In this document: positions 1 to 12,800 of the stretch, in pieces
Layout of the letters: each line of letters opens with the position of its first letter
How positions within the stretch are numbered: position 1 is the first letter of the stretch
Translations under genes and position numbers: made by a program
The notes under the pieces: generated by a model
The model's database searches: none
Told to the model about the DNA's origin: nothing
Seen by the model: the letters and a program-made list of their open reading frames with translations, nothing else
Assembly (NCBI GenBank): GCA_904063045.1
Contig: CAJFCJ010000006.1
Location: forward strand, 3,178,408 to 3,242,407
Reading direction: 5' to 3'
DNA: 64,000 nucleotides
From: Dimorphilus gyrociliatus
Taxonomy: Eukaryota > Animalia > Annelida

Positions 1-440
1 AAATTATATGCGTTTAGAATAATGAAAGAAAAGGTTGCCTTATTAGATGTGGAGAATATTTCAAAAGAATACTAGAAATATTTGGTGAAGTTTTCACAAA
101 ACAGATAATTTTATTGTCATTGCTGTTCTATTGTTCATCTTTTTAAAAGCTTGACATTTAATAACAAGGCTAATAAGCAGCTTTGGACTGATGCTTAGAA
201 TATTTTATACTACAATTCAGTTGGATCAATAATACGTTTAACGGGTACTAGCATATTTGCATAGCTATTAAAAACTCTCCGATGTCTACATATACCTTAA
301 ACTCTTGGTAAACCCACCGACAACATTGCTATATTCGGCATCGGTATTTTTTTCATTCAAATTGCGTCATCGTATTGAACCGACACATACATTGCGTATA
401 AGTTGCAATCTTTGGATAGCACAAGCGTTAAGTTATGTAC

Positions 441-677
441 CTGATCAGCAGCTCTACAAAGCACTCCATAATCAATTTTAGGAATCATTTTTTCCAAAAA
501 TTCCTTATTAAATTCTGTTTCGACTATTTCAATTTGTTGGCACTGTTTGAGAGCGATAATAAAGGAAATGGTTTTATTTTAAAAATTAGTTGATTATACC
601 TCAATTTTTAAGGGGTATCCTTTTGTTACACCCTTTATAATGTTTGATGTCAACATATTGTGAGTTAATAATTTCAT
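441..677 (-). CDS. TRMT112: TRM112 methyltransferase activator subunit, exons 1-2 (677-600, 542-441); 3' exon not found in window
   Basis: Spliced translation MKLLTHNMLTSNIIKGVTKGYPLKIE|CQQIEIVETEFNKEFLEKMIPKIDYGVLCRAADQ matches the TRM112 N-terminus (MKLLTHN..., EFN..F...MIPK). Both exons end at GT donors in phase 0. The expected C-terminal GIPNML part is not visible in 1-440. Confidence 0.9.
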
Positions 678-1169
678 CTTGCAGTATTAAACGATAAAGT
701 AAATCAATTGTTAACACGTATCGGGAGCCAAATTATCTATATCGTATTATTCGATTTCGATTTAGTAAGGGCCTAGACTTTAAGTATGTTCCAAAAATAA
801 GTAATTATTTATAAATTATTAATAGGCGTTTTTTATATCCATTAAACACTTAGAGAATTTTCTTTTATTATGTGATATACATGTGAAATTTTTTTTTTTT
901 GGTAGTACTAGAAATTTTACACTGAATTTTGAATAAAGATTGAGAAGCCTGAGAAAATAATATTCTCATTACATAAGATAAAATAAATGAGTACATTCTA
1001 TAGTTTGTTAAACAAAAAGGTTCTATATTTTCGATTTTATGTAATTGGTAGTGAATACGCTCTTTTAGATAGATTAGGCGTATCATAAGTAACATTCTTA
1101 GAAATTGAAGCCTCGTTTATCGATATAGCTATTATTTGAAACGATTAATTTGAAGACCACATGGGAATT

Positions 1170-1180
1170 TGCGCATGCGT
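1170..1180. promoter_or_regulatory. NRF1-like motif (TGCGCATGCGT) in the divergent TRMT112/PET117 promoter
   Basis: Near-perfect match to the NRF1 palindrome TGCGCATGCGCA, a GC-rich island in AT-rich DNA between two head-to-head housekeeping genes. Confidence 0.5.
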
Positions 1181-1606
1181 ACTAAAGAATTAGCAGAAAA
1201 CACCGCAAATTTTATCCCCCAAGCAGTGTCCAAAATTTTAGTTGTAGTTTATCTTTGAAAAAATCAAATTATTTTCATTTGCGGACAAGAGCCAATCTCA
1301 TTAGTCTAACTATTTCATAAAATTGGTTAAAGTATGATCTTAATTTTTACTCGATAAACTATTTACTTTCAATAACAAATTTTTGTTTTTCGTTATTTTT
1401 ATAAGAAAATTATTTTCTTTAGTGCAAATTTATATGCTTAAAGAAAAATAATCTATCCATCAAATCTCATTAGAAAGCGTGTTTGTTCTTGTTCAAATAT
1501 TGTAATTTACAAATGGGGAACAACTGCAACATTAACCTTTTTAACCTACAGACTGGTATTTGTATTTCGAGATCACGAACGTGACGTGTTTTTAATTGCT
1601 CAAAAG

Positions 1607-1908
1607 ATGAGTCTAGGATCGAAAGTAGCTTTGGCAGGATCAATCGTTTTCACAACAGGAATCATTACGTATGTCCATAATAAACAGAAGCAAGACATTG
1701 AGGTAATTGTTCTTAAATCTAGTATATTTTCGGATAAGATTGTTATAATCGACTTATTATCGTTCAGCGTCTACACGACGGAGTTATAAAAGATGCTGAA
1801 AGACAGGAGATGAGAAAAATAGCTAATCTAAAACACCTACAAGAACAAATTGATCTAACAAAAGCTTTAAAAGCTCAAAGAGATAAGGAGATGAAAACTG
1901 AGAGCTGA
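1607..1908 (+). CDS. PET117: Cytochrome c oxidase assembly factor PET117 (exons 1607-1702, 1768-1908)
   Basis: MSLGSKVALAGSIVFTTGIITYVHNKQKQDIE|RLHDGVIKDAERQEMRKIANLKHLQEQIDLTKALKAQRDKEMKTES*. The VH..Q..D..RLH.GV..D.ERQ pattern is characteristic of PET117; GT-AG phase-0 intron. Confidence 0.92.
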
Positions 1909-2793
1909 TATAATAAAACATTCAATAGAAAAGACTAAAATAACTTTTCTGCATATGTGCTTCTAAAATGAAATATATTATACCTGTCTGTTAAGTATTT
2001 TTTTGTAAATTAGTATACTTATGTAATTTTCACAGATATTTTTGAAATAAAGCTATAAAAATGATTAAATCCAATAATATTTTTTATAGGAACAGTAAAT
2101 ACATTTTCATAATGTTTATATGTTACCTGTACACAAATAAACATTGTTAAAAATTGTTTCAACTAACGACATTGTTAACCATAATAGAACTTAATAGAAT
2201 AATATCTTACTCCATCTATAGGATATTTTTTAAAGGATATATGGCCTCAAAGTTAAACGAAGCTCAAACTCAATCAGAAGTGACACTGAAGAATAGCATT
2301 TACTATACATCTTTTAAATGGATAAACTTATAATTAACACATTTATTGAATTCTTCGACTTTTATAAGGATTTCTACAGGATAGGAATATATAAGTGGCT
2401 GTTTGTTAATAGTGACTATGGATATATATTCTTCAAGAAGGAAATTCCGAATTAAATACTTTGTTTCGTCGTCAATTTAAGCTAGCCGTTTTAAAAAGAT
2501 ACCGAGGAGCTTTAAATGAAATGAAACCAATACTGAACACTTAAAAATTTAGTTAAAAACTTAACTAATTCTGACATTGGCGAACCTAAATTGAGTAGTG
2601 TGTTAGAAGTTTGCCAAATAAAAAAGAGTACACTCAATAAACAACGTTGAAGTTTTCTCCAACGATTCGAATTAAAGGACGAATTTGGCCTCTCATGGCA
2701 GTTCAGCTGCACAAAAAATGAAAAAAAACAAGGCCTGTTGAGTAGATGTAAAATTATAGGCCAACTGTGTTCTAAGCCCTGTCGACTAATTAG

Positions 2794-2820
2794 CCAATGA
2801 ACAGTTGTGTTGTATATAAA
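2794..2820 (+). promoter_or_regulatory. CCAAT box plus TATA box upstream of the TALE gene
   Basis: CCAAT at 2794-2798 and TATATAAA at 2813-2820, about 95 nt upstream of the ATG at 2914. Confidence 0.5.
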
Positions 2821-2913
2821 GCTACCAACCAGCAGCCTCGTATTATTATTCATGAACACCGAGGTACTGTGAGAAAGCACGTTTTAATTACATGACTCAT
2901 ACTTTTTTGTAAA

Positions 2914-5086
2914 ATGGAAGAAGAAAGTTCTGTTCATCCTCTTTCACCTGATATGCTACAAAGTTTTTCATGGAACAGTTCTTCAAGAATTTTTCAAAAC
3001 ATAGTTGACCAAGGTAGGGGAGATTTCACTTGCAAATAACTTTAGAAAAATAACATTTTTTTTTGCTCTGCTTTAAAGATAAAGTTCAGTTTTGGAATCC
3101 ACGGCCATATCTTTCGCCATCCGAATTAGGTAAAGTTCTAGAAATTTTATTTTAACCAATTAAATACAATGCTTAGCGTAAATTTTCTAGTATGCTATAA
3201 GTAGAATTCATTCCACTCTTTAAAGTAAAACTAAAGAACATCTTAGCACTCAATCTTTAATTGTTTTCAACTCATTTTTTAAAAGTACATACTTATTCTT
3301 TCGTTTTGTAAACATTGAGTGAATTCATAACAGAAAATGACAAATTGTGTTGGAGCCAACCCTTATCTGTGAGAAATTATCAAACTGCAGCCGAACCAGG
3401 TAAGCGAAAATAAATTTCATCAACAGAGATGTAAAACGCTTTTCGTTTGAAGCCTTTATATATTCAGATTCAATGACATGGAATCCTCCAGTAAGTGCTC
3501 CATCTGTGCCATGTAGAACTTTTCAAAATGGCTTCGAACAAGGTTGTTATTAAAATACTTTCTGTCATGTGCTTTGCAAGAAATATTATTTTATCTAATT
3601 AGCCTATCCCGTCTTGAATGAGTCCAGTCGTGTAATTATGGATCTTGATACGCAAAATTTTCTTACGCCCAGCAAGACACCCATAAAAAATGAACAGAAC
3701 GTTGTCTGCCTCGGTAAAATGTCCACAGGATCCAATAGCGAGTATCAGCCAAATCTTGTTGACACTCCTCCATCGTCACCAATAGAAATATTTCCTCCGG
3801 GCCCCAGCAAGGTAATTAAAAAGCTTAAAAAGCATGTAAATTTTTTTGTTAATTGTCTTTATTGTATTGAAATTATTAGGTGAAATATCTTCCAAATCCA
3901 CCTCCTGTAGCCACTGTATATCCAACTACAATCGATTTTCCATATGGAGAAAAATTCTATCAAATGTGTGATGTTCAGGAAGAACATAGCCGTATATTAA
4001 GAATGTTTGAAAAAGCAAAAGATAACTTACTTTTAGTTCAAAGTATAGAAGAATTAGCAGATAATTATCAAAAGAGTATCGAGATGATAGAGAGCAAACG
4101 ATACAACACGCTCATGTCGAACGTTTTGGAAGAGGAAATGAAATATTCAATAAATTTACATTTTAATAAACAAAGGTTTGAAGCTGCTCAAAAAGTTCGA
4201 GAAGATTTAGCTGGGTAAAATAAAATTTCTTTTTTAACGTTCTTTATTAAACAATCAGCAATATTATCAGTTTTGGAATTTATGAAGAAGTAAACGAAGA
4301 GGATGGCGATGCTTCCGCTGCAGCTAGGAGTCTTCTCGAATTGTCGAGATCAGCTCCGACAGACTTTCCAGACGATGACGACGAAACTCCTCAGAGGCGG
4401 CGACGGGGAAGTAGATATTTACAAAAAACAGCAGTTAAATTAATGGAGCGATGGTATGCCTCAAACAAAGTACATCCATATCCATCGGATGAAGAAATTG
4501 AACGTTTATCGGCTGAAGGTGGAATTACAAGAGCTCAGGTTAAGAAATGGATGGCCAATAAGAGAGTTAGAAATTGTAACACATTATCTTATAACGGTTC
4601 GCAACTAGTTAATTAATGATCATAAAAATAATCTTCAATTTGCATTAAATAGGTGCCATCCATCCGAGAAAATTAAAACGGATAAAGAGAGAGCAAGCTA
4701 AACTAGACGGAACTTACATTCCAAGTCCCCCAAAAAATTCATTACAACGAAAGTATTTACCGCCCTATGCAGTTTCTGTTTTGTCGGCATGGTTTGATAC
4801 GCATAGGGACAATCCTTATCCGACTGAGCCCGAAAAAAAGGATTTAGCAAAATTGGCAGGAATTTCTGTTTCTCAGGTCCGGCACTGGTTTACCAACAGG
4901 AGAAGGCGGCTTGTAGAATCCCCTATAAAAAAAAAAACATGTCCGAATATGCAATATATGAGTCCTGTAAGCAGTCAGAATAATTTGAATCAATATCCAA
5001 ATATTGGAGTGAGTGATAACCAGATGATTCTGGTGGTTGAGAAAGGAGAGGATGAAATGATGGTTGAAGGAGTTTGTAGCTCATGA
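2914..5086 (+). CDS. Spiralian-type TALE-class homeobox protein with two homeodomains (8 exons, about 531 aa)
   Basis: Exons 2914-3013, 3079-3129, 3334-3399, 3468-3542, 3603-3811, 3880-4214, 4271-4596 and 4653-5086 join in frame through GT-AG introns. HD1 (LMERWYASNKVHPYPS...QVKKWMANKRVR) and HD2 (LSAWFDTHRDNPYPT...QVRHWFTNRRRR) both carry the TALE PYP loop. Exon 6 encodes a helical domain upstream of HD1. Confidence 0.88.
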
Positions 5087-5515
5087 CTTTTTCTTTTTAT
5101 TACTTTCTATTTCATTTATGTGCTTGATTTCTTTGGTTTTTTGGTGCATTCAAAATTGAAACAACTTGAATATCATTCTCTATTTTTTGGTATATATGCA
5201 TGGTTAATAAAAGCAAATTTGTTTTATATTTGAATAAATGCGGTGCGATACCGCAGAAAGTTTCTTACAATTGACTTTATGTGTTGATATATTATTATTT
5301 CAGGTATTAGAAACAATTATTAATTCTTAACCAAAATATTATAAATTTATATTAAATTCAAGTTTACAGTTTTACAGCCTATTTAACTCCAAGAAGTTAG
5401 AGGACTCAATTTGACAAACGGTTGAAACACATTCTTTTCGTTAAAAAAAGCTCAGTCAGGTAGGTCATAACAAATCAATTCAATATATTAGATATATTTC
5501 GCTCACTCCTTTTGA

Positions 5516-7008
5516 TTATCCGATTGCGTTTAATTCACTGGTACTCTTGCAACGAACCAAATCATTTGCATAATTCGCCGTAAAACTGCCATAAACAATC
5601 GAAAAAACATTCTTTTCCCAATTTTGATCAAAACTGAAAAGCTCCTCACCATAATCTCTAACGTACTCGGTCAGAGTAGGTGAAGATGAAGAACTTCTTA
5701 GTCTGGTCCTTTGAATACCCCTTCTCTCCAATTCTTCTTTTGCTTCTTGATTACCGTTTTTAGATGATTTTTTGAAAAGTTCAATGGCAAGGTGTTTATT
5801 TTCCTCTACACCCAAACCATTGTCATAACAAAGCCCAAGATAATATTGTGCTTCGGCGTTTTCTTGTTTGGCTGCTTCTTTGAATAAATTTGCGGCCATC
5901 GTTTGATTCCCATTTCTCATATGTTTAACTCCTACAAATGTTTGTGCTTCTGCAACACCGTATTCAGCTGCTTTGGCAATAAGTTCGTTTCCTCTTTCTA
6001 AATTCAATCCATTGTCTATATATAGTACACCCAAATTGTGCAGAGCAGATGGATGTTCGTCATTTGCCGCTTTCTCATAATAATAGACTGCTTTCTCAAC
6101 ACTCTTTTGGACTCCATGACCCAATTCGTAAGCTAGTCCAAGGTTATAATTAGAAAATGAGTGCCCAAACTTAGCTGATGTCAACCAGGCTTTCACTGCC
6201 TCTGTCTTTTTTCCGACTTGTGCTAATTGTGCTCCCCTTAAACCTTGCAACAGAGCTTCAGTTTCTCTATTAAGTTCGTCAAGGCTCCTATTGGTACGCC
6301 GGCGTTTTTCAGCTTTTCCGATCTCTTTTAACTCCTCCTTTGTTTGCATAGCATTGACTTTGGCTCTGTCGTCATCGCTGAAGAGTTTTTTCAGCTCAGA
6401 ACCTACCGCAATTGCTGATCCCTTGAAAATTGACGAAAAGAAATGAGTTGTTTGATTTATTACTAATTAATTAATATGCAGAAAATGATAGCCTTTGAGT
6501 TATAGTGGAATGATGTTCTATGCCTATACATGATAACAGGCGAGAAAATCATCCAATTTAAAGATTTTGTAATTGTATCAAAGGAAGGCCTATGTTCCAC
6601 ATATTTACTGACACGGTATGACTCATGAAAATATATTTTAACAATTGATATGTAAAGTATCTTACCAGTCCAAATACATCTTTAACCCGACATTCGTTAA
6701 CTATCGACTTTATGAAATCTTGATAGCATTCTGATTTAGTTTTCTTATTGCTTTTCTCTTCATTGTCGATTCCAGATATGAGAGGTTCGGTAGCTCTTGA
6801 AAGTATAAATGAATTGCGTTTCTTTTTTTTTGATTTTTCTTCAGGAGTTATGGAGTTGCACGCGGTCAAGTTACATTGTTGTCGTAAAACTATAAAAAAA
6901 ATATTCGTTATTTTCCGTCAGCGATTTTAAAGTACCGCGCGAATATATGCACTCTTTGATAAAATTCTTAAAAATACCTCTTGTTACTTCTTTTAATGAT
7001 CTCCACAT
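5516..7008 (-). CDS. DELE1: DELE1 (DAP3-binding cell death enhancer 1)-like SEL1-repeat mitochondrial stress sensor
   Basis: Start MWRSLKEVTR (ATG 7008), middle exon ending at 6666 (...KDVFGL), then GSAIAVGSELKKLF leading into ORF 5516-6349 with SEL1 repeats (YNLGLAYELGHGV, AQYYLGLCYDNGLGV) and RLRSSSS near the C-terminus, as in DELE1. Confidence 0.75.
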
Positions 7009-9837
7009 GATGGAGAACCGTAGCTCCGATATTTAACTTGATAATTTTAATCGAAACTCATCAAGATTCGAATTATTTTCGCTGAATTTATCCACTATAT
7101 ATTCGACCAATTATGATCTCCTTTAGAGGTCGACCTTACTGATGTCACAGGGAGGTGTTGTAAGCCTATAGCCTTTACACTAGCTCAAGATGACCATTTC
7201 TCAATAAACAAGCTGAATTTTTATTTCATTTTTATAGTAACTTGTTACAAAACTACCCAACATACGAAAACAAGTTATATTAGTTATTCTCTCTAATAGA
7301 AAAATATATGAATAGAAGAAGAATAGAGCAGTTTAACATTGAACTGAATTCAAACTATATTTATCTGATACTTGAAGAAATTTAGAGCCTTATTTTGTCT
7401 AACTAAATGCCAAAATACCAAAACATGTATATAAGGATTGTAAACAATTGATCTCTTTCTTTTCTTTTCTTTTCCATTTAGAATTAAAGAAAAGTTAAGT
7501 TTAAAAGAAACTTTAATAAGAAAGGAGTATTTATTAAAAAATATTTATCATATAAAATTTGAAAAACTAAAAGCTCTAATGTTTAGTTAATAAAATAGTT
7601 TGTAATCTTGTTAGAGGTCGCTAAAAAATTTGTCGATAGGTGTCTCTATTATTAGAAATATATTCTTACTATAAAAGAAAATGAATACTCCAAATGATTT
7701 TTCTAAATTGCAAATATTTTTATTGTTCTTGAAAATAGATTAGTTATTCTTTATATTTTCTAGGGTTTAGTAAACGATTTCCAAGGAAATCACTGAAGAG
7801 ATATTGTAAGTATTGCGAAAAAGTTTACGAACTAAATTGATTATCTAGTTGAAAACATAAATATTTTGTTTTAAATGAAAATTCTGGCTAAAACGGTTAA
7901 TATATTTATTCAAGTCGATGAAAAAGAGTTTTTTTATTCTATAGAATTAAAGAATAGAAAAAGTACGAAAATGGGCAAAGAAAGAACGTTCCGAGAAAAA
8001 GGAACGTTTTGTACATATCGTTCTAAAAACTAAATATAAAGTAGAGAAAGACACAGAGAAACTTACAAAGAATTGAATAAAAGTGAAGTACTGTATGAAA
8101 TATTATATAATGTTAATAGATAATTATAAATAGTATATTTACTAAGGAGAGTTACAGATAGTTAGATAGATAGATAAGATTTAACATTTTAAAGAATTTT
8201 GCCTTATAGATGGAATTTAAAACATTTAGTAATAATAACTTTTGCATACGTCAACAGTGTATTTTTATTCGTTATGTATAGATTTATAAATACATGTTTA
8301 TATATAAAAAAACATTGTAAAAACAAAATAAATGATCTAAATATAGATAATAAAAAATATAGCATTTATAGTAGTAACTTTGGTAAAGTTTTTTAAACCG
8401 GAATTTTTAGATAAACAAGATAAAGTTTGACAAAACTGTTTAAATATACAGTATATATACAGTATATATATATATATTAGTATATATAACATACATAAAT
8501 TAATATTCTTGTTTCAAAATAAATATTGCATTTATAAATGAAAAGAGCCGAATTCATAAAAGAAAGTACATAGAAAAAAAAGAACTAAATGTTCTTTTAA
8601 TCAAAATATCTTATAGAAAAATCTTACATATCTCTATAATCTTTAGAATAAAATGAAATGATATATACACATATACTATGTATAAAGATATTGTGAAGAT
8701 GCGTGTTTTTTTCTTAAAATTAAGCTTCTTTTCTCTATTATTTATCTGTATATAAATAAATAATATCTATTTTTATATTAAATCACTTCTAGAGTATTTT
8801 ATAATTACGATATTTAATAAAAATCTTGTTATACTCAAGCGACAACAACAAAAAAAGTCTATTTTTGTATTAAAAGTTGAACTCAATGAAAATAAAATAT
8901 GTTATGAAATACCTACTTTATTTAATTAAGGAAAAAAACAGCAAAAAATAAAAACTCGTTCAATTTGGATACTTTTTTTTCTTATTTAAAAAATTTGTAC
9001 TTAACATGTTCTTATAGATATGAAAATATTCTTATGACGATATCAGGTAAAATTTTGATATCAACTATTCTACTTTATTCCTTTTCTTTTCTTTTCTTAG
9101 TCTTATGAATATTGTATGAAATCATATATATTTTGTTTATGTAAATGAACGAAAAAAAACTTTAAATAATAGGGAGAATGTCATCGACCTGCTTATTTAA
9201 CAGAGATATTAATTGACATATAACATGTAACTAGTTCACATTTGTAATTGGTAGGTCCATAATTGGTACCTAACAATATGATCAAACGAACCCAGGCACA
9301 TTATCTTATCTACGTGTAATGAGCAGTCCACTAAGAGTTGCTGAATAAATTGAATATTTCTGCTGTGCTATTCCCATATTGAGTAACCACAACAATAATA
9401 ATGATAAGAATGGTGAAAATTGATACTATTAATAATAATTCTGAAAAAAAGTCAATCACTATCAATTGTTGTTATTGATAGAAATCAGATGAACACAAAA
9501 ACTAATCCTGAACTATTTAATATTATGCTTTCTTATTTATTGAATAAAGATAACTATTTATGGAGTAATGAAAAATGTATGTTAAATAAATAGAGCTAAT
9601 TGAGGATACTATTGGGAATAGAAATAATGCTTAATTCGGTTTAGGAATTCCAGTTTATTTTGGATAAGATTATGAAAAATATTTTTGGCGCTTTCTTTAA
9701 AGACTTTACTAAATACTCTGAAGTGTTTGTATAGCGCTAAAAATATCTATTTTCTTAAGTCGATATCGATAATGTGAGATAATAAATGACGATCGTATCA
9801 AAAGTCATTCAGTAGCTGTTCAAATTCAAGAACGACA

Positions 9838-12800
9838 ATGTCGGTGAGGCCGCCTAAAATCGTTGTGAATGATGCTGATCAGCCGGGCAGCCCAGAATCA
9901 CCTAATTCAGTCGTTTCAGTTCGTCACTTTTAAAAAGACAAACTAATTTTTTTTACTTAATAAATTTTCGTTTTCTTTATTATTCCTTTTTTTTTTACCT
10001 CACTACTTACCTTAACTTTTTTTGTTGTAGTTTTCTGATGATGTTGTCCTTCAGAAGGCTAAAGACAGTAGCAGAACACCTTCTGTTGCTAAGGTAAAAT
10101 CTCCTGCTTCTCAATTAGTCTATTAATTATATCACAAATTCAAACTTTATATTCTTTTAAAAACTTTTATTCAAACGGAAACAGGGTTCATCTCATCACA
10201 AAATTACTCCAGCTTCACTAGATTTGAATAAAATCAGTTTTTCAAAACCTAGAAAGAGGATTTCCAGTCAATATTCAGTACTTATACTTTATCTTTATTT
10301 CCATATATCTCAAATTTATACTTACGGATGTTAGTTGAACAAAATTATTGTTTTATTTTTAATTTTTTCAGAGTCATAGCTATCATGAAATAGAAAACAA
10401 ACAGTTTTTAGAAAAACAGGAAAAGATTACTCCGGCCGTGAGCAACATTTAGTTAATTTTTAAAAATAACAAATATAATAATAATATATTTTATATATTT
10501 CTTAATAGAGACTGCAGAAAATATCTTTGATAAGATGGCTAGTGAACTTTCTAGTGGGCGCTTACGTCGCAGTAATAGCTTTCCTGGTATATATCCTTAT
10601 CAAGTACATCTCGAAAGCGAAGTTTTTAGGCCTCTATGCTTGTAAGTTACATAAAAGATTTCATATAATCTGTCATAAAATTTTTTATAAAATAAGTTCA
10701 AGATATTACGTAACTAATGAGTTTTCTATTCAATTTTTTCTTTCTTATTTCTTCGTCTAATCAATATAGTAACTGAAAAATGCGAAGGAAAAACATGGGC
10801 TTGCCTATTCCTCCCAGGGTTCGTTTGGGTTCTTATCAATTGTGCTCTTATCACTTTGGGATCATATTTGGTTACTTATCATGCTGTAAGTATCTTTTTT
10901 TTAAAGTTCAATTATACATGCTTATGCTTGATATAAAATATTTAAATACAATACGCCTAAATTGTGTAACGATGTAAATATTTAGCCACATGCTGCCGGA
11001 AGTGGAATTCCTCAAATTAAGTGTTACCTAAATGGAATTCGGCTACCTGGACTTCTCAGCTTAAAGACAATGATCGCAAAGGCTGGAGGAGTTGTCCTCT
11101 CAGTAACAGGAGGCTTAGCCTGTGGAAAAGAAGGACCTATGATACACTCTGGTGCAATTTGTGCTTCCGGAATGGCTAGAGGAGATTTTTCAGTAGGGAA
11201 ATGTAAGGCAGAAATAAAGGTAGAAAAATTTATAATTCTGCTATTATTGTAAATTTATTATAAGAGTTTTTAATTTATAGGCGTTTAAGCCGCTAAGAAG
11301 TGATCCAGAGAGAAGAGACTTTGTTGCTGCGGGTGCTGCTTCAGGGGTTTCAGCTGCATTTGGAGCACCAATAGGTTAGTTCGGTATCTTTTAGGACTTT
11401 GGATATTTTTGTGAGTTATTAACTATTATTTCTTGTTAGGCGGAGTTTTGTTCAGTTTGGAAGAGGGCGCTAGTTTTCTTAGTCAAGTGCTAACTTGGCG
11501 AATGGTGAGTTATTGATAAATAGTGTACTTAAACTAGAATTATTATAATAGTGTACATAGAATTGAAGAAAATGCAATTTATTTAACCAGCTCTTCTCCT
11601 CTATGACTGCCTCTCTGTTACTAAACATTTTCATGAGTGCTTTGAAGGGACATCCTGAAAACATGTCAAATCCAGGTCTCGTTAGCTTCGGCATGATGGG
11701 AGTAAGCATTGAAATAGAATGTCAAAAGATAAAAATTAATATCTATGAAATTGTATCGCATAATTAGGACATTAGTTACAAGACGTTTGAACTTCCCATT
11801 TTTATGGTTATGGCTCTTATAGGAGGCTTATCAGGAGCAGGATTCAATTTTTTAAACTATCACATAACCGTCTTAAGAAGAAAGTTAGATGAATAGAATA
11901 TTACAATTTTAAATTAGTTAATTAAATTTTATTTAGATGAAATTAACGTTATACTTGCTGAAAATCATTACAGATACATTAAGGAAAATTGGAAGAAAGT
12001 TGCCGAAGCCGTTTTGGTTGCTGCCAGTAGCGCCATCATTCTCTTAGTGATGATTTTTTCCGTCCCAAATTGCTCTCCAGTTAAAGGATATAACGCAACA
12101 AGTACTGAAAATATGACGAGTCATTCTATTCATAAAAGAGCCGCAGTTCAAGAAAATAGTCATGGAAATGACAACCACAGCGATATGCATACTATTCACT
12201 ATGGTGAACATGGAGACCACGGATATATGTTTAGAGTAAAGTATTCGTTTTATAGATATAATCCTTTTTCTCCATTTGTTAAAATTAATTGTAGGGCAAT
12301 TGTCCATATGGTCAACATAATAGGATGGCTGATATATTATTTAAGACACCCGAGGGAGGTTTACACGCTATGCTACACGAACCCTGGGATTATTGGGATT
12401 TTAAGACCTTGGCAATACTATTCGTTGTTTATCATCTATTAGCAACTTGGACATATGGCCTTATGGTCTCAAGCGGTGTATTTATCCCTTCTCTTCTAAT
12501 TGGAGGTTTATATGGTAGAATAATTGGTATGGCTGTAATCAAACTACTACCAGCGGCAGGAACAAATATTGGTAAATATGTTCTTGTTGGAGCTGCTTGT
12601 CAATTGGGTGGCACAGTAAGAATGACTATTTCTCTTACGGTTATTGTAATTGAGTGCACAGGAGACATTACTTTTGGATTACCTATTATGTTGAGTCTTA
12701 TAATTGCAAAGTGGATGGGTGATTTCTTTAACCCAGTTAGTAAAGTGCAAGGATTGCTTGTTAGAAAAAATTTTATGACTTTGTCTTCTTTTTTTATAAC

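Noticed and set aside
200-420. GC-richer stretch in the TRMT112 intron with CCGATG/CATCGG pairing, a CGATGA...CTGA box-C/D-like pair and a T7 run; considered as a snoRNA, U12 or TRMT112 exon 3
   Set aside because: The stems are only about 6 bp, the C box is imperfect, the U12 branch-pairing sequence is absent and no frame gives TRM112-like sequence. An Rfam scan would be needed.
2512-2880. 122-aa minus-strand ORF
   Set aside because: No recognisable motif; it overlaps the CCAAT/TATA promoter of the plus-strand TALE gene.
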